Shown here: piece by piece, positions 56,091-64,000 of the stretch
How the letters are laid out: each line of letters starts with the position of its first letter
How positions within the stretch are numbered: position 1 is the stretch's first letter
From: Candidatus Collierbacteria bacterium
GTDB lineage: Bacteria; Patescibacteriota; Microgenomatia; UBA1400; MFAQ01
NCBI GenBank assembly: GCA_903884375.1
Contig: CAISER010000025.1
Location: forward strand, 1,637-65,636
DNA: 64,000 nucleotides
Direction: 5' to 3'
The notes under the pieces: model-generated
Seen by the model: only the letters and a program-made list of their open reading frames with translations
The model's database searches: none
Told to the model about the DNA's origin: nothing
Position numbers and translations under genes: made by a program

Positions 56091-56939
56091 TTAGGATTCC
56101 TCGAATTTATTAAGAAGATCCTTTTGCTTATTAGAAAGATGAGTGGGGAGTTTTATGACAAAACGAATATATAAATCGCCATGTTGATTGCCTTTGAGAT
56201 GTTTAATGCCTTTCCCGGTTAGTCGAAGTGTGGTACCGGGTTGAGTGCCGGAGCGAACTTTGATCTTTAAATCTCCGTTTAAGGTAGGGATTGTGGTGTT
56301 ACCGCCCAGGATAGCTTGTGTGAAAGAAATTTCATGATTAACAATAACGTCATAGCCTTCGCGTTGGAAAATTTTGCTGGGACGGACAACAAAACTAATA
56401 TCAAAATCGGAGTAACGAATTTGGGTTCCCTCGTCTGCTCCTGCAGGAATTTTGACAGTGTATTCTTTTCCTTGGTGAACAATGGTTTTTTCGGCACCTT
56501 TGACAGCGTCGTCAAAATCAATTTTAAGTGAGTAATGAGTCTTTTGTGGTCTTCTTTGTCCACCAAAACCTCCGCCAAAGAAACCACTAAAAATATCAAA
56601 GGGGTCGGAAAAACCACCGGCTCCACCAAATAAATCTTCAAAATTAATATTGCCACCTTGCTGATAGTAACCACCGAAGGGATTTCCTCCAGCACCGAAG
56701 GGATTTCCTCCACCTTGGCTAAAAGCAGCATGACCAAACTGATCATATTTAGCTTTTTTATCAGAGTTGCTTAAAACTTCGTAGGCTTCATTGATTTCTT
56801 TGAATTTTTCATGAGTATCGCTATCTTTATTTCTGTCGGGGTGCCACTTGAGCGCTAGTTTTCTATAAGCAGATTTAATCTCTGCAGCTGTGGCAGATTT
56901 ATTTACTCCGAGAATGTCATAGTAATCTCTTGTTGTCAT
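56091..56939 (-). CDS. dnaJ: DnaJ-family co-chaperone, class B (CbpA-like, no zinc-finger domain)
   Basis: J domain DYYDILGV...WHPDRN, a G/F-rich region and C-terminal substrate-binding domains. The protein contains no cysteine at all. Confidence 0.85.
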   Translation of the reverse strand: MTTRDYYDILGVNKSATAAEIKSAYRKLALKWHPDRNKDSDTHEKFKEINEAYEVLSNSDKKAKYDQFGHAAFSQGGGNPFGAGGNPFGGYYQQGGNINFEDLFGGAGGFSDPFDIFSGFFGGGFGGQRRPQKTHYSLKIDFDDAVKGAEKTIVHQGKEYTVKIPAGADEGTQIRYSDFDISFVVRPSKIFQREGYDVIVNHEISFTQAILGGNTTIPTLNGDLKIKVRSGTQPGTTLRLTGKGIKHLKGNQHGDLYIRFVIKLPTHLSNKQKDLLNKFEES

Positions 56940-56980
56940 TTGTTATTTAGATATCATAATAAGAGCTTTCTCGTTTTCTT

Positions 56981-57001
56981 TTCAATAATTTTATTATTGA
57001 A
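56981..57001. promoter_or_regulatory. perfect 9-bp inverted repeat upstream of dnaJ (possible operator overlapping a -35 box)
   Basis: TTCAATAAT-TTT-ATTATTGAA. On the minus strand the 3' arm supplies TTGAAA (56985-56980), with TATTAT (56961-56956) 18 nt downstream. Confidence 0.35.
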
Positions 57002-57110
57002 ATATCCAAACTGCGCTTCCTCTTATATTCGCTCATAGTTCGTTTCACTTCACTATGATGCTTGAATATAGTCTCTCGTGGTAGCCATATTAATTCAACA
57101 ACCATTTTAA

Positions 57111-57136
57111 CAGGGGCTTGAATCGTCAAGCCCCTG
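57111..57136 (-). terminator. strong hairpin immediately after dnaK
   Basis: CAGGGGCTTGA-ATCG-TCAAGCCCCTG, a perfect 11-bp stem, 14 nt after the dnaK stop. The trailing sequence TTAAAATGGTTGTTG is only moderately U-rich. Confidence 0.6.
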
Positions 57137-57149
57137 AAATTAATTGGTT

Positions 57150-59051
57150 TTATTCGACAACCTCGCCTTCCTCGGCAGTTTTGGCATCAGTCTTTGCTTC
57201 TTCAGCTTTGCCGTCTTCAGGTTTACTTTCTTCTTTCTTGTCTTTTTCACCGGCGGCTTTGTATAGCGCTTCTGCATGTTTTTGAACCAGTTCGGTGGCG
57301 GTTTTTAGTTTGGCATCAACAGATTCCAAAGTAGTATCGGCTTTTTTCAGTTCTTCTTCCAACTCCGAAAGTGATTTTTCGATTTCTTCTTTGGCAGCAC
57401 TATCGAATTTGTCTCCCGAGTCTTTGAGAACTTTTCTTGTTTGAATGATTAAAGTGTCGGCTTCGTTTTTCTTGTCGACCAACTCTTTCTTCTTTTTATC
57501 GTCTTCGGCATACTTCTCGGCTTCTTGTTTCATTCTTTCGACTTCTTCATCGGAAAGGTTGGTAGCGTTTTTTATCGTAATCTTTTGTTCTTTGCCGGTG
57601 GCCTTATCCTTGGCCGAAACATTTAAGATACCGTTGGCGTCGATGTCAAAAGTAACTTCAATCTGAGGAATACCTCGAGGTGCAGCCGGAATACCATCAA
57701 GGATGAAACTACCTAGTGTCTTGTTGTCTGCGGCCATTGGTCGCTCACCTTGGAGAATATGAATCTCAACTTGGGGCTGATTGTCACTGGCTGTTGAAAA
57801 TACTTGAGATTTACTGGAAGGAACCGTGGTGTTTCTTTCGATTAGAGGAGTCATCACTTGGCCCATGGTTTCGATACCAAGAGTTAGAGGAGTAACGTCT
57901 AGAAGTAGGACATCTTTGACGTCTCCGGAGATAACACCTCCCTGAATGGCGGCACCAAGAGCAACGGCTTCGTCCGGATTAACGGATTTGTTTGGCTCTT
58001 TGCCAAAGAAGTCTTTGACTACTTGCTGAACCTTGGGCATACGAGTCATTCCACCGACCAAAATGATTTCGGCAATAGCAGATTTTTCAATCTTGGCATC
58101 AGCCAAAGCTTTTTTACACGGTTCAATGGTTTTTTGAATTAAATCATCAACTAATTCTTCAAGTTTGGCTCTGGTTATCTTCATAGTTAAGTGAAGTGGG
58201 TTGCCATCACGTTGAGTGATAAAAGGTTGATTAATTTCTGTTTCGGTAGCACTGGAAAGTTCGATTTTGGCCTTTTCGGCGGCGTCTTTAATACGCTGAA
58301 GCGCTTGTTTGTCTTGAGCAAGGTCAACACCATTTTCCTTTTTGAATTCGGAAACAATGTATTCAATTATTTTGTGATCAAAATCATCACCACCAAGGAA
58401 AGTGTCGCCGTTGGTTGATTTGACTTCAAAAACGCCATCGCCCAGTTCGAGAATAGAAACGTCAAAAGTACCACCACCTAAGTCATAGACCACGACAACT
58501 TCATTTTTTCCTTTATCCAACCCATAGGCCAAAGCGGCGGCGGTTGGTTCGTTTACAATGCGCTTTACATTTAATCCGGCAATCTCACCTGCTTGTTTGG
58601 TGGCTTGGCGTTGAGAATCATCAAAATAGGCAGGAACAGTAATGACAACGTCGGTTACGGGTCCTCCAAGATAGGCTTCGGCGTCTGCTTTGGCTTTTTG
58701 GAGAATTTTGGCAGAAATTTCCTGTGGTGTGTATGTTTTCCCTCCAATTTTTATAATAGCCAGACCATCTTTACCCGCTTCAATATCGTAAGGAGCAATT
58801 TCTTTGGTTTTTTGGGCTTGTTTGCCGGAATATTTTTGGCCCATCAATCTTTTAACGCTAAAAATCGTGTTTTCCGAGTTTAAGACCATTTGACGTTTGG
58901 CAACATCACCAACAAGATTTTTTAGAGGTTCAACAATTGAAGGAAAGGTGTTTTTCCCTTCAGCCGTGGGGATAATTTTGGCTTTTCCAGCCTCCATGAC
59001 CGCAATGGCACTATTGGTGGTGCCTAGATCGATGCCGATTATTTTTGACAT
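57150..59051 (-). CDS. dnaK: molecular chaperone DnaK (Hsp70)
   Basis: [20 protein letters not shown] and [11 protein letters not shown] motifs. 633 aa. Confidence 0.97.
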   Translation of the reverse strand: MSKIIGIDLGTTNSAIAVMEAGKAKIIPTAEGKNTFPSIVEPLKNLVGDVAKRQMVLNSENTIFSVKRLMGQKYSGKQAQKTKEIAPYDIEAGKDGLAIIKIGGKTYTPQEISAKILQKAKADAEAYLGGPVTDVVITVPAYFDDSQRQATKQAGEIAGLNVKRIVNEPTAAALAYGLDKGKNEVVVVYDLGGGTFDVSILELGDGVFEVKSTNGDTFLGGDDFDHKIIEYIVSEFKKENGVDLAQDKQALQRIKDAAEKAKIELSSATETEINQPFITQRDGNPLHLTMKITRAKLEELVDDLIQKTIEPCKKALADAKIEKSAIAEIILVGGMTRMPKVQQVVKDFFGKEPNKSVNPDEAVALGAAIQGGVISGDVKDVLLLDVTPLTLGIETMGQVMTPLIERNTTVPSSKSQVFSTASDNQPQVEIHILQGERPMAADNKTLGSFILDGIPAAPRGIPQIEVTFDIDANGILNVSAKDKATGKEQKITIKNATNLSDEEVERMKQEAEKYAEDDKKKKELVDKKNEADTLIIQTRKVLKDSGDKFDSAAKEEIEKSLSELEEELKKADTTLESVDAKLKTATELVQKHAEALYKAAGEKDKKEESKPEDGKAEEAKTDAKTAEEGEVVE

Positions 59052-59084
59052 ATGTTTTTGTTTAATTAATTTATTAATACTTGA

Positions 59085-59534
59085 TTATTTTTCTCCTGAG
59101 CCGACATTTACTTTAGCAGGACGGAGAACCTTATCGAAAAGATAATAGCCTTTGGTAAGGGTAGAAATGACATGGTCTTTTTTGCCCGGAACGACTTCGA
59201 GACAATCCATAGTGAGTGGATCAAAGAGTTTCCCATCCGATTCAATTAATTGAAGTCCTTCTGTTTTTAGAGTTTCATGAAGTTGTTTGATAACCATTTC
59301 CAAACCGGCATCATGGAGATGATTTTGCGCCATTTCCAATGAATCGAGATTGAGAAGAATTTTTTCAAGAAGCACCGCATTGGCGAATTTGACTATTTGA
59401 GTCTGAGTTTCTTTAAAGCGACGGTCTTGATTTTGATAATCAGCCAATACTCGTTTGTAGTTTTGTTCGTGTTCATCAGCACGAGCGATGATTTTTTCTA
59501 TTTCTTTGCTGGAGGGATGTGTTTTTTTTACCAT
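59085..59534 (-). CDS. grpE: nucleotide exchange factor GrpE
   Basis: YKRVLADYQNQDRRFKE coiled coil and the C-terminal GYYLFDKVLRPAKV. Sits between hrcA and dnaK. Confidence 0.85.
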   Translation of the reverse strand: MVKKTHPSSKEIEKIIARADEHEQNYKRVLADYQNQDRRFKETQTQIVKFANAVLLEKILLNLDSLEMAQNHLHDAGLEMVIKQLHETLKTEGLQLIESDGKLFDPLTMDCLEVVPGKKDHVISTLTKGYYLFDKVLRPAKVNVGSGEK

Positions 59535-60253
59535 TCTTGTGCAATTTGATTTACTAAATTAGCGATATAGCGAACGAAGGGAATATTGCGGTCATATTCC
59601 TGACGACTGGAGCCGATGATACCGAGACTGCCACGATGACCACCAATGTTTAGATCGGCAAAGACACAACTGGCAGGGCGAAGGAGGGTGATACCCATTT
59701 CGTCACCAACTAAAATATGAATTGGAGAGTTGTTTCCTGCCCGATTAAATATATCCAAAAGACGTTGGTGTTGATCTAATAGATAGAATACTTCTTTTGC
59801 GGTAGTAAAATCTTGAAACTCAATCTCATTAAAAATATTGGCATAACCGGCATGATACATTTGACCTTCTTCGGTGGTGGCGATACAAAGTGACTTGGTT
59901 CTTTCGGAGAGAACTTTGGTAGCTTCACGGAGAAGATCATCTCTGTTATAGCGATGATCCCAAACTCTTGATTTCACATTAACCTCTTCAGCAACAGAAA
60001 GATCTTTTTCTTTCATTAATTCATTAACATAAAACTTGATGGCCATGGGGGTGGGGATGCGACCGGCAGAGGTGTGTGGTTGGGTGAGAAAACCTTTTTC
60101 TTCCAGAACAGCCATTTCATTTCGAAGAGTTGCCGGAGATACACCAAGACGGTATTTGTTTTCCAGAGTGACCGAACCGACCGCTTCGGCAGTCTGGGTA
60201 AACTCTTCAACAATCGTTTTAATTATTTGTATCTGTCTTTCGGTTAGATCCAT
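59528..60253 (-). CDS. hrcA: heat-inducible transcription repressor HrcA (short form)
   Basis: LTERQIQIIKTIVEEF...VSPATLRNEMAVLEEKGFLTQPHTSAGRIPT winged-helix N-terminus. Start placed at the ATG at 60253 (the track start is a GTG). Confidence 0.85.
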   Translation of the reverse strand: MDLTERQIQIIKTIVEEFTQTAEAVGSVTLENKYRLGVSPATLRNEMAVLEEKGFLTQPHTSAGRIPTPMAIKFYVNELMKEKDLSVAEEVNVKSRVWDHRYNRDDLLREATKVLSERTKSLCIATTEEGQMYHAGYANIFNEIEFQDFTTAKEVFYLLDQHQRLLDIFNRAGNNSPIHILVGDEMGITLLRPASCVFADLNIGGHRGSLGIIGSSRQEYDRNIPFVRYIANLVNQIAQEW

Positions 60254-60264
60254 AATTTTTTTGT

Positions 60265-60315
60265 TTATCACTCTAGTTAGGAAAGTGATTAGCAGTACTA
60301 TATCATGAGTGATAA
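60265..60315 (-). promoter_or_regulatory. two overlapping CIRCE-like inverted repeats (HrcA operator candidates)
   Basis: The minus strand reads TTATCACTC-N9-TACTGCTAA (60315-60289) and TAATCACTT-N9-GAGTGATAA (60291-60265), against the consensus TTAGCACTC-N9-GAGTGCTAA. The outermost arms TTATCACTC and GAGTGATAA are perfectly complementary. Confidence 0.5.
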
Positions 60316-60326
60316 TTGGTCGTCAA
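60297..60326 (-). promoter_or_regulatory. candidate promoter of the hrcA-grpE-dnaK operon
   Basis: Minus strand: TTGACG (60326-60321), an 18-nt spacer, then TATAGT (60302-60297). The -10 box lies inside the first CIRCE-like element. Confidence 0.45.
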
Positions 60327-60351
60327 GTCTTTTTTGTTGTAAAGTTATTTC

Positions 60352-61743
60352 ATGGCTAGAAAAAGTGAGTTGTTTAAAAGCTTGATACCGTTGATTTTTG
60401 GATTAATAGTGATAGTCATTGTGGTAGAAGTAATCCCAAACGCGGTTAAGTTGGTTAGCAAAGCTTCGGGACAAAAAGCTGATTTAGTTTTTAATCTTGA
60501 AGGTGTTATCGGAAAGATGCCTACACCTTGGAGAAACTTGGCACAGGGAGGAGAAGAACAGGGTGATATGATTTCCAAAGTAATACCGGAAGTTCGGGCA
60601 CTAAAACCTGAGTATATTCGTATTGACCATATATATGACGCATATAAAGTAGTATCCAGAAATGAGGGGCAGCTCGTTTATGACTGGTCGCGTCTTGATA
60701 GTGCAGTAGCTTCAATCATGGCAACTGGTGCTAAGCCATTTTTATCTTTGTCTTATATGCCGGAAGTTATTGCCAAAGGAGATATAGTGTCGGCAGCTCG
60801 TGACTGGAGTGAGTGGGGACAGGTAGTGGGAGCAACAATTCAACATTACAGTGGCATAAATCAAAAAAATATTGATGGCGTAATTTATGAAGTGTGGAAT
60901 GAACCTGATTTGTTTGGCGGTTTTAAAACATACGGAGAGAAAAATTATCTTGATATGTATGCCGCCTCGGCTCGAGCGGCCGCTAATGTTCGTGGAACAA
61001 ATTTATTTGAAATTGGAGGACCGGCAACTACCGGACTTTATCAAAACTGGCTGGAAAGATTAATTAAATTTGTGGAAGCTAATAGTTTGAGAATGGATTT
61101 TATTAGTTGGCATAAATACACAACCGATCTTGAACAGTTCGAAAAAGATGTTACTTCCGCTAGATCTTGGGCAGAAAACATTCCAGCATTAATAAATCTA
61201 AAGTACTACGTAACAGAGTGGGGTTTTGATAGTGAAAACAACAAAGGATATGACGAGAGAAGCGGAGCTATCCATTTATTGGCGGCAACTAGAACTATGG
61301 TGGGAACTGTCGACCGTGCCTTTGTATTTGAAATAAAAGATGGTCCGGGACCGGAAAAATACTGGGGGCGATGGGGAGTTCTCACCAATGAAAAATTCGG
61401 TACACCCGAGAAAAAGCCTCGATATGAAGCGATCGAGTTTATCAATAGCTTGTATCCGTATCGTATAAGCGTTTCCGGTGAAGGATCTTGGATTAAGAGT
61501 TTGGCAACAGCAAATGAAAATGGTGATATTAAAATTTTGGTGACCAACTACGATTCAAAGAACAGCCATGTTGAAGCAGTGCCAATAACTTTGGAAAATT
61601 TACCAAAGAGTAAGTTCACAATTGTTCGAGATAACTTTATGGGAGAAAGTAGAAGTTTAAAAGTGGCTACAACAAGTGCGACATGGAAAACCAGTGAGTA
61701 TTTTGAACCAAACTCGGCGGCAATATTTACGATAAATTTTTAA
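60352..61743 (+). CDS. membrane-anchored clan GH-A glycoside hydrolase (GH39/GH5-like)
   Basis: N-terminal TM helix LIPLIFGLIVIVIVVEVI. Acid/base motif YEVWNEPDL and nucleophile motif YYVTEWGF, spaced as in (beta/alpha)8 clan GH-A enzymes. Confidence 0.6.
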   Translation: MARKSELFKSLIPLIFGLIVIVIVVEVIPNAVKLVSKASGQKADLVFNLEGVIGKMPTPWRNLAQGGEEQGDMISKVIPEVRALKPEYIRIDHIYDAYKVVSRNEGQLVYDWSRLDSAVASIMATGAKPFLSLSYMPEVIAKGDIVSAARDWSEWGQVVGATIQHYSGINQKNIDGVIYEVWNEPDLFGGFKTYGEKNYLDMYAASARAAANVRGTNLFEIGGPATTGLYQNWLERLIKFVEANSLRMDFISWHKYTTDLEQFEKDVTSARSWAENIPALINLKYYVTEWGFDSENNKGYDERSGAIHLLAATRTMVGTVDRAFVFEIKDGPGPEKYWGRWGVLTNEKFGTPEKKPRYEAIEFINSLYPYRISVSGEGSWIKSLATANENGDIKILVTNYDSKNSHVEAVPITLENLPKSKFTIVRDNFMGESRSLKVATTSATWKTSEYFEPNSAAIFTINF

Positions 61744-61752
61744 GAAAATATA

Positions 61753-63522
61753 TTAGACCTTAACTACAGCGAGGAAAGCAGACTGGGGAAGTTGAACTTT
61801 GCCGAATTGTTTCATACGAGCTTTACCTTTTTTCTGTTTGTTTAAAAGTTTTAGATTTCTGGTAAAGTCGCCGCCATGGAGCTTAGCATCCACATCTTTT
61901 CTGTATGCTTTGATAGTTTCACGAGCAATAATTTGACCGCCGATGGCAACTTGAATGGGGATTTCGAATTGTTGACGAGGAATGGCTTCTCTCAGTTTTT
62001 CGGCAATAGCTTTAGCCTTAAAGCCCGATTTTTGCTTGACCGTAATAATGCTCATTGGAGTAAAGACTTCGTGATTTAACAATACATCCAGACGAACCAG
62101 CTCAGCTTTTTGCCAGCCGGAAAGTTCGTAGTCGAGGGAGGCAAAGCCTTGAGAGACACTTTTTAAACTATCGTGAAGTGCGGTAATGACTTCGATTAGA
62201 GGTAAGAGATAGTCGATTTCGACAAGCTGATCAAGATAGCTGACATTAGTCATATTGCCACGAAGATCTTGACAAAGTTGCATGACAGCACCGACATAAT
62301 TATCGGTTACCACAATTTTGACATTGGCCATTGGTTCATAACCCTCGGCGATAATAGCCGGGTCGGGAAAATCAGCTGCCGAACTAAAGATTTTCTCTAT
62401 GCCATTTCTTTGGACTACTTTATATTCAACTGATGGCGAAACGGCAATAACCGGTAAATTAAATTCACGTTCAAGACGTTCGCCAACAACTTCTGAATGT
62501 AATAACCCAAGGAAACCGACTTTAACACCTTGACCAAGGATAGGAGAGTTGATTCCTTGAGTAGTAAGAGCCGAGTCATTTAATTTTAGTTTTTCCAACG
62601 CATCAACTAAGTCTCTATATTGAGAACCATCAGATGGATACATATCCAAGTAAACATTGGGGTGAATTTTGCGGAAACCGGGGAGCGGAGTAACTTCTTT
62701 GCTTTGTGATGCCAAACAAAGAGTGTCCCCGACCAAAATACGACGAATATCTTTTAGACCAGTAATGATGTAACCAACATTCCCAGCAGTAATGATTTTT
62801 CTTTCTTCACGTTTGGGACTAAACACACCAATTTCGGATGCCATAATAACTTGACCAGAGTTTAAAAACTCCAGTTTGTCATTAGTATGAAGATCACCTG
62901 TAATGATACGGCAAAAGGCAATGACACCAAGATGAATATCGTAGACCGAGTTAAAAACGAGTGCTTGAAGAGGTTTGTCTTCCGTTTTTGGTGAAGGTAG
63001 GTCAGAAATTATCTTGTCTAGTAAATCGGCTACTCCCTCACCAGTTTTGGCGGAAACAAAAAAGGGTTCTGTGGAGATATTTAATAACTGTTTTATTTGC
63101 CTGGTGGCTGCGGCTACATCGGCAAGAGGAGCATCAATTTTATTGATGACAGGAATAATTGTAAGTCCTAAGTGTTTGGCAAGTCTTAGGTTGGCGACTG
63201 TTTGGGCTTGTACTCCTTTGGTGGCATCAACCAGAAGAATAGCGCCGTCACAGGCTTCTAGTGCCCTTTCGACTTCATAATTAAAATCCACATGTCCGGG
63301 AGTGTCGATAAGATTTAGAGTGAAACCTTTGTAATGCATGGTCACTGGAGCAAGTTTTATGGTGATGCCACGCTCTCTTTCAATGGGGTTGCTGTCGAGA
63401 AGCTGGGGAATGATTTTGTCTTTATCGACGGTTCCGGTAATTTCCAACATCCGGTCGGCCAAAGTGGATTTACCGGCATCAATATGGGCAATGATAGAAA
63501 AATTTCTGATTTTGTTTTCCAT
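61753..63522 (-). CDS. lepA: elongation factor 4 (LepA)
   Basis: IRNFSIIAHIDAGKSTLADRMLEITG, DTPGHVDF and NKID motifs, plus the LepA C-terminal region (KLLNKQKKGKARMKQFGKVQLPQSAF). Confidence 0.93.
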   Translation of the reverse strand: MENKIRNFSIIAHIDAGKSTLADRMLEITGTVDKDKIIPQLLDSNPIERERGITIKLAPVTMHYKGFTLNLIDTPGHVDFNYEVERALEACDGAILLVDATKGVQAQTVANLRLAKHLGLTIIPVINKIDAPLADVAAATRQIKQLLNISTEPFFVSAKTGEGVADLLDKIISDLPSPKTEDKPLQALVFNSVYDIHLGVIAFCRIITGDLHTNDKLEFLNSGQVIMASEIGVFSPKREERKIITAGNVGYIITGLKDIRRILVGDTLCLASQSKEVTPLPGFRKIHPNVYLDMYPSDGSQYRDLVDALEKLKLNDSALTTQGINSPILGQGVKVGFLGLLHSEVVGERLEREFNLPVIAVSPSVEYKVVQRNGIEKIFSSAADFPDPAIIAEGYEPMANVKIVVTDNYVGAVMQLCQDLRGNMTNVSYLDQLVEIDYLLPLIEVITALHDSLKSVSQGFASLDYELSGWQKAELVRLDVLLNHEVFTPMSIITVKQKSGFKAKAIAEKLREAIPRQQFEIPIQVAIGGQIIARETIKAYRKDVDAKLHGGDFTRNLKLLNKQKKGKARMKQFGKVQLPQSAFLAVVKV

Positions 63523-63530
63523 AGAGAATA

Positions 63531-64000
63531 TTAACTACCAGAAACCGGAGTCTCGATGACTTCATCGGTTTCAGCAAATACTTGTCTCCAGTTGCCTAGT
63601 TTCCCAAAAAGCCGTTGGACGTCAATGAATTGATTGATTTTGAGTAGATAAGCGAGACCAAAATAAACAGTAAGACCGGTGATACTAACAATTGCTGTCA
63701 GGATTAGAAGAGGAACGGTGCGAGTAGTGTCAAAAACGAATTGATCCAAGAGTTTCATGGGTATCCACAAAGCGATAGCAGTGAGAGAAGATACCAGAAG
63801 CATTTTGATTATTTCTTTGGTGATTTTTAAGCTTGGTAATCCAGCACGAATAACTAAGTAAAGAACAAAAAAGTTTAAAGCGTTGCTAAGACTCATGGCA
63901 AAACTCATACCCAACACTCCCCAGGCAAAGGTATCGGTAAACAAATATGACGATACAACGAAGAGAATTAAGGTGGCGATATTAATAATAAGAGGCGTCT
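63531..64000 (-). CDS. murJ: polytopic membrane protein, probably the C-terminal part of lipid II flippase MurJ (5' end outside window)
   Basis: The frame stays open to base 64000 (the track start is an internal TTG). The fragment has several TM helices and resembles MurJ/MviN C-termini, but it is only a fragment. Confidence 0.45.
   Translation of the reverse strand, partial: TPLIINIATLILFVVSSYLFTDTFAWGVLGMSFAMSLSNALNFFVLYLVIRAGLPSLKITKEIIKMLLVSSLTAIALWIPMKLLDQFVFDTTRTVPLLILTAIVSITGLTVYFGLAYLLKINQFIDVQRLFGKLGNWRQVFAETDEVIETPVSGS

Noticed and set aside
56947-57129. A 60-aa ORF between dnaK and dnaJ.
   Set aside because: Its start lies inside the 11-bp terminator hairpin, it has no SD, and the region is better explained as terminator plus promoter/operator DNA.
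1-64000. A search for tRNA, rRNA, CRISPR repeats, IS elements, integrases, toxin-antitoxin pairs and known defence genes.
   Set aside because: I saw no cloverleaf-compatible sequence in the intergenic regions I examined, no arrays of regularly spaced repeats, and no transposase- or integrase-like ORFs. This was inspection by eye, so small RNAs could have been missed.

Overview
The window is almost entirely core information-processing genes, about 65 of roughly 70 CDS on the minus strand. They form one long syntenic run: rpoB-rpoC-rpsL-rpsG-[helicase]-fusA-tuf-S10/spc/alpha ribosomal operons-rplM-rpsI. Further runs are mltG-ruvX-alaS, ftsK, rnj, pnp-rpsO, infB-nusA, the hrcA-grpE-dnaK-dnaJ heat-shock cluster, lepA and a murJ fragment. 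I found no rRNA, tRNA, CRISPR array, transposase or integrase by eye. Several traits suggest a reduced, Gram-positive-like, CPR/Patescibacteria-type genome (inference only): no L30 gene between rpsE and rplO, domain-minimised housekeeping proteins (IF-2, AlaRS, DnaJ, HrcA), a sortase, and AT-rich DNA read with the standard code. The most unusual region is a 4 kb accessory island between rnj and pnp (45455-49499). It encodes a PGM1-like ATP-grasp ligase on the plus strand, a Lon AAA+ module lacking both the N-domain and the protease domain, and an exported 32-cysteine protein with internal repeats. Other notable points:
- A compact DEAH/RHA helicase plus a small disordered protein sit between rpsG and fusA.
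- A Cys/His-rich DUF2284-like gene with its own upstream terminator sits between rplO and secY.
- rpsG is interrupted by a 1-nt homopolymer deletion and so is invisible in the ORF track.
- rpmJ is also missing from the track and was found by hand.
- A PilM/FtsA-like bitopic protein plus a sortase are inserted into the alaS-ruvX-mltG cluster.
- A catalytically degenerate DHH-fold protein lies in the nusA-infB operon.
- Tandem CIRCE-like operators lie upstream of hrcA.
- A -10 box recurs 5-10 nt upstream of several ATG starts, suggesting leaderless mRNAs.
All functional calls rest on motif recognition by eye. No database search was run.
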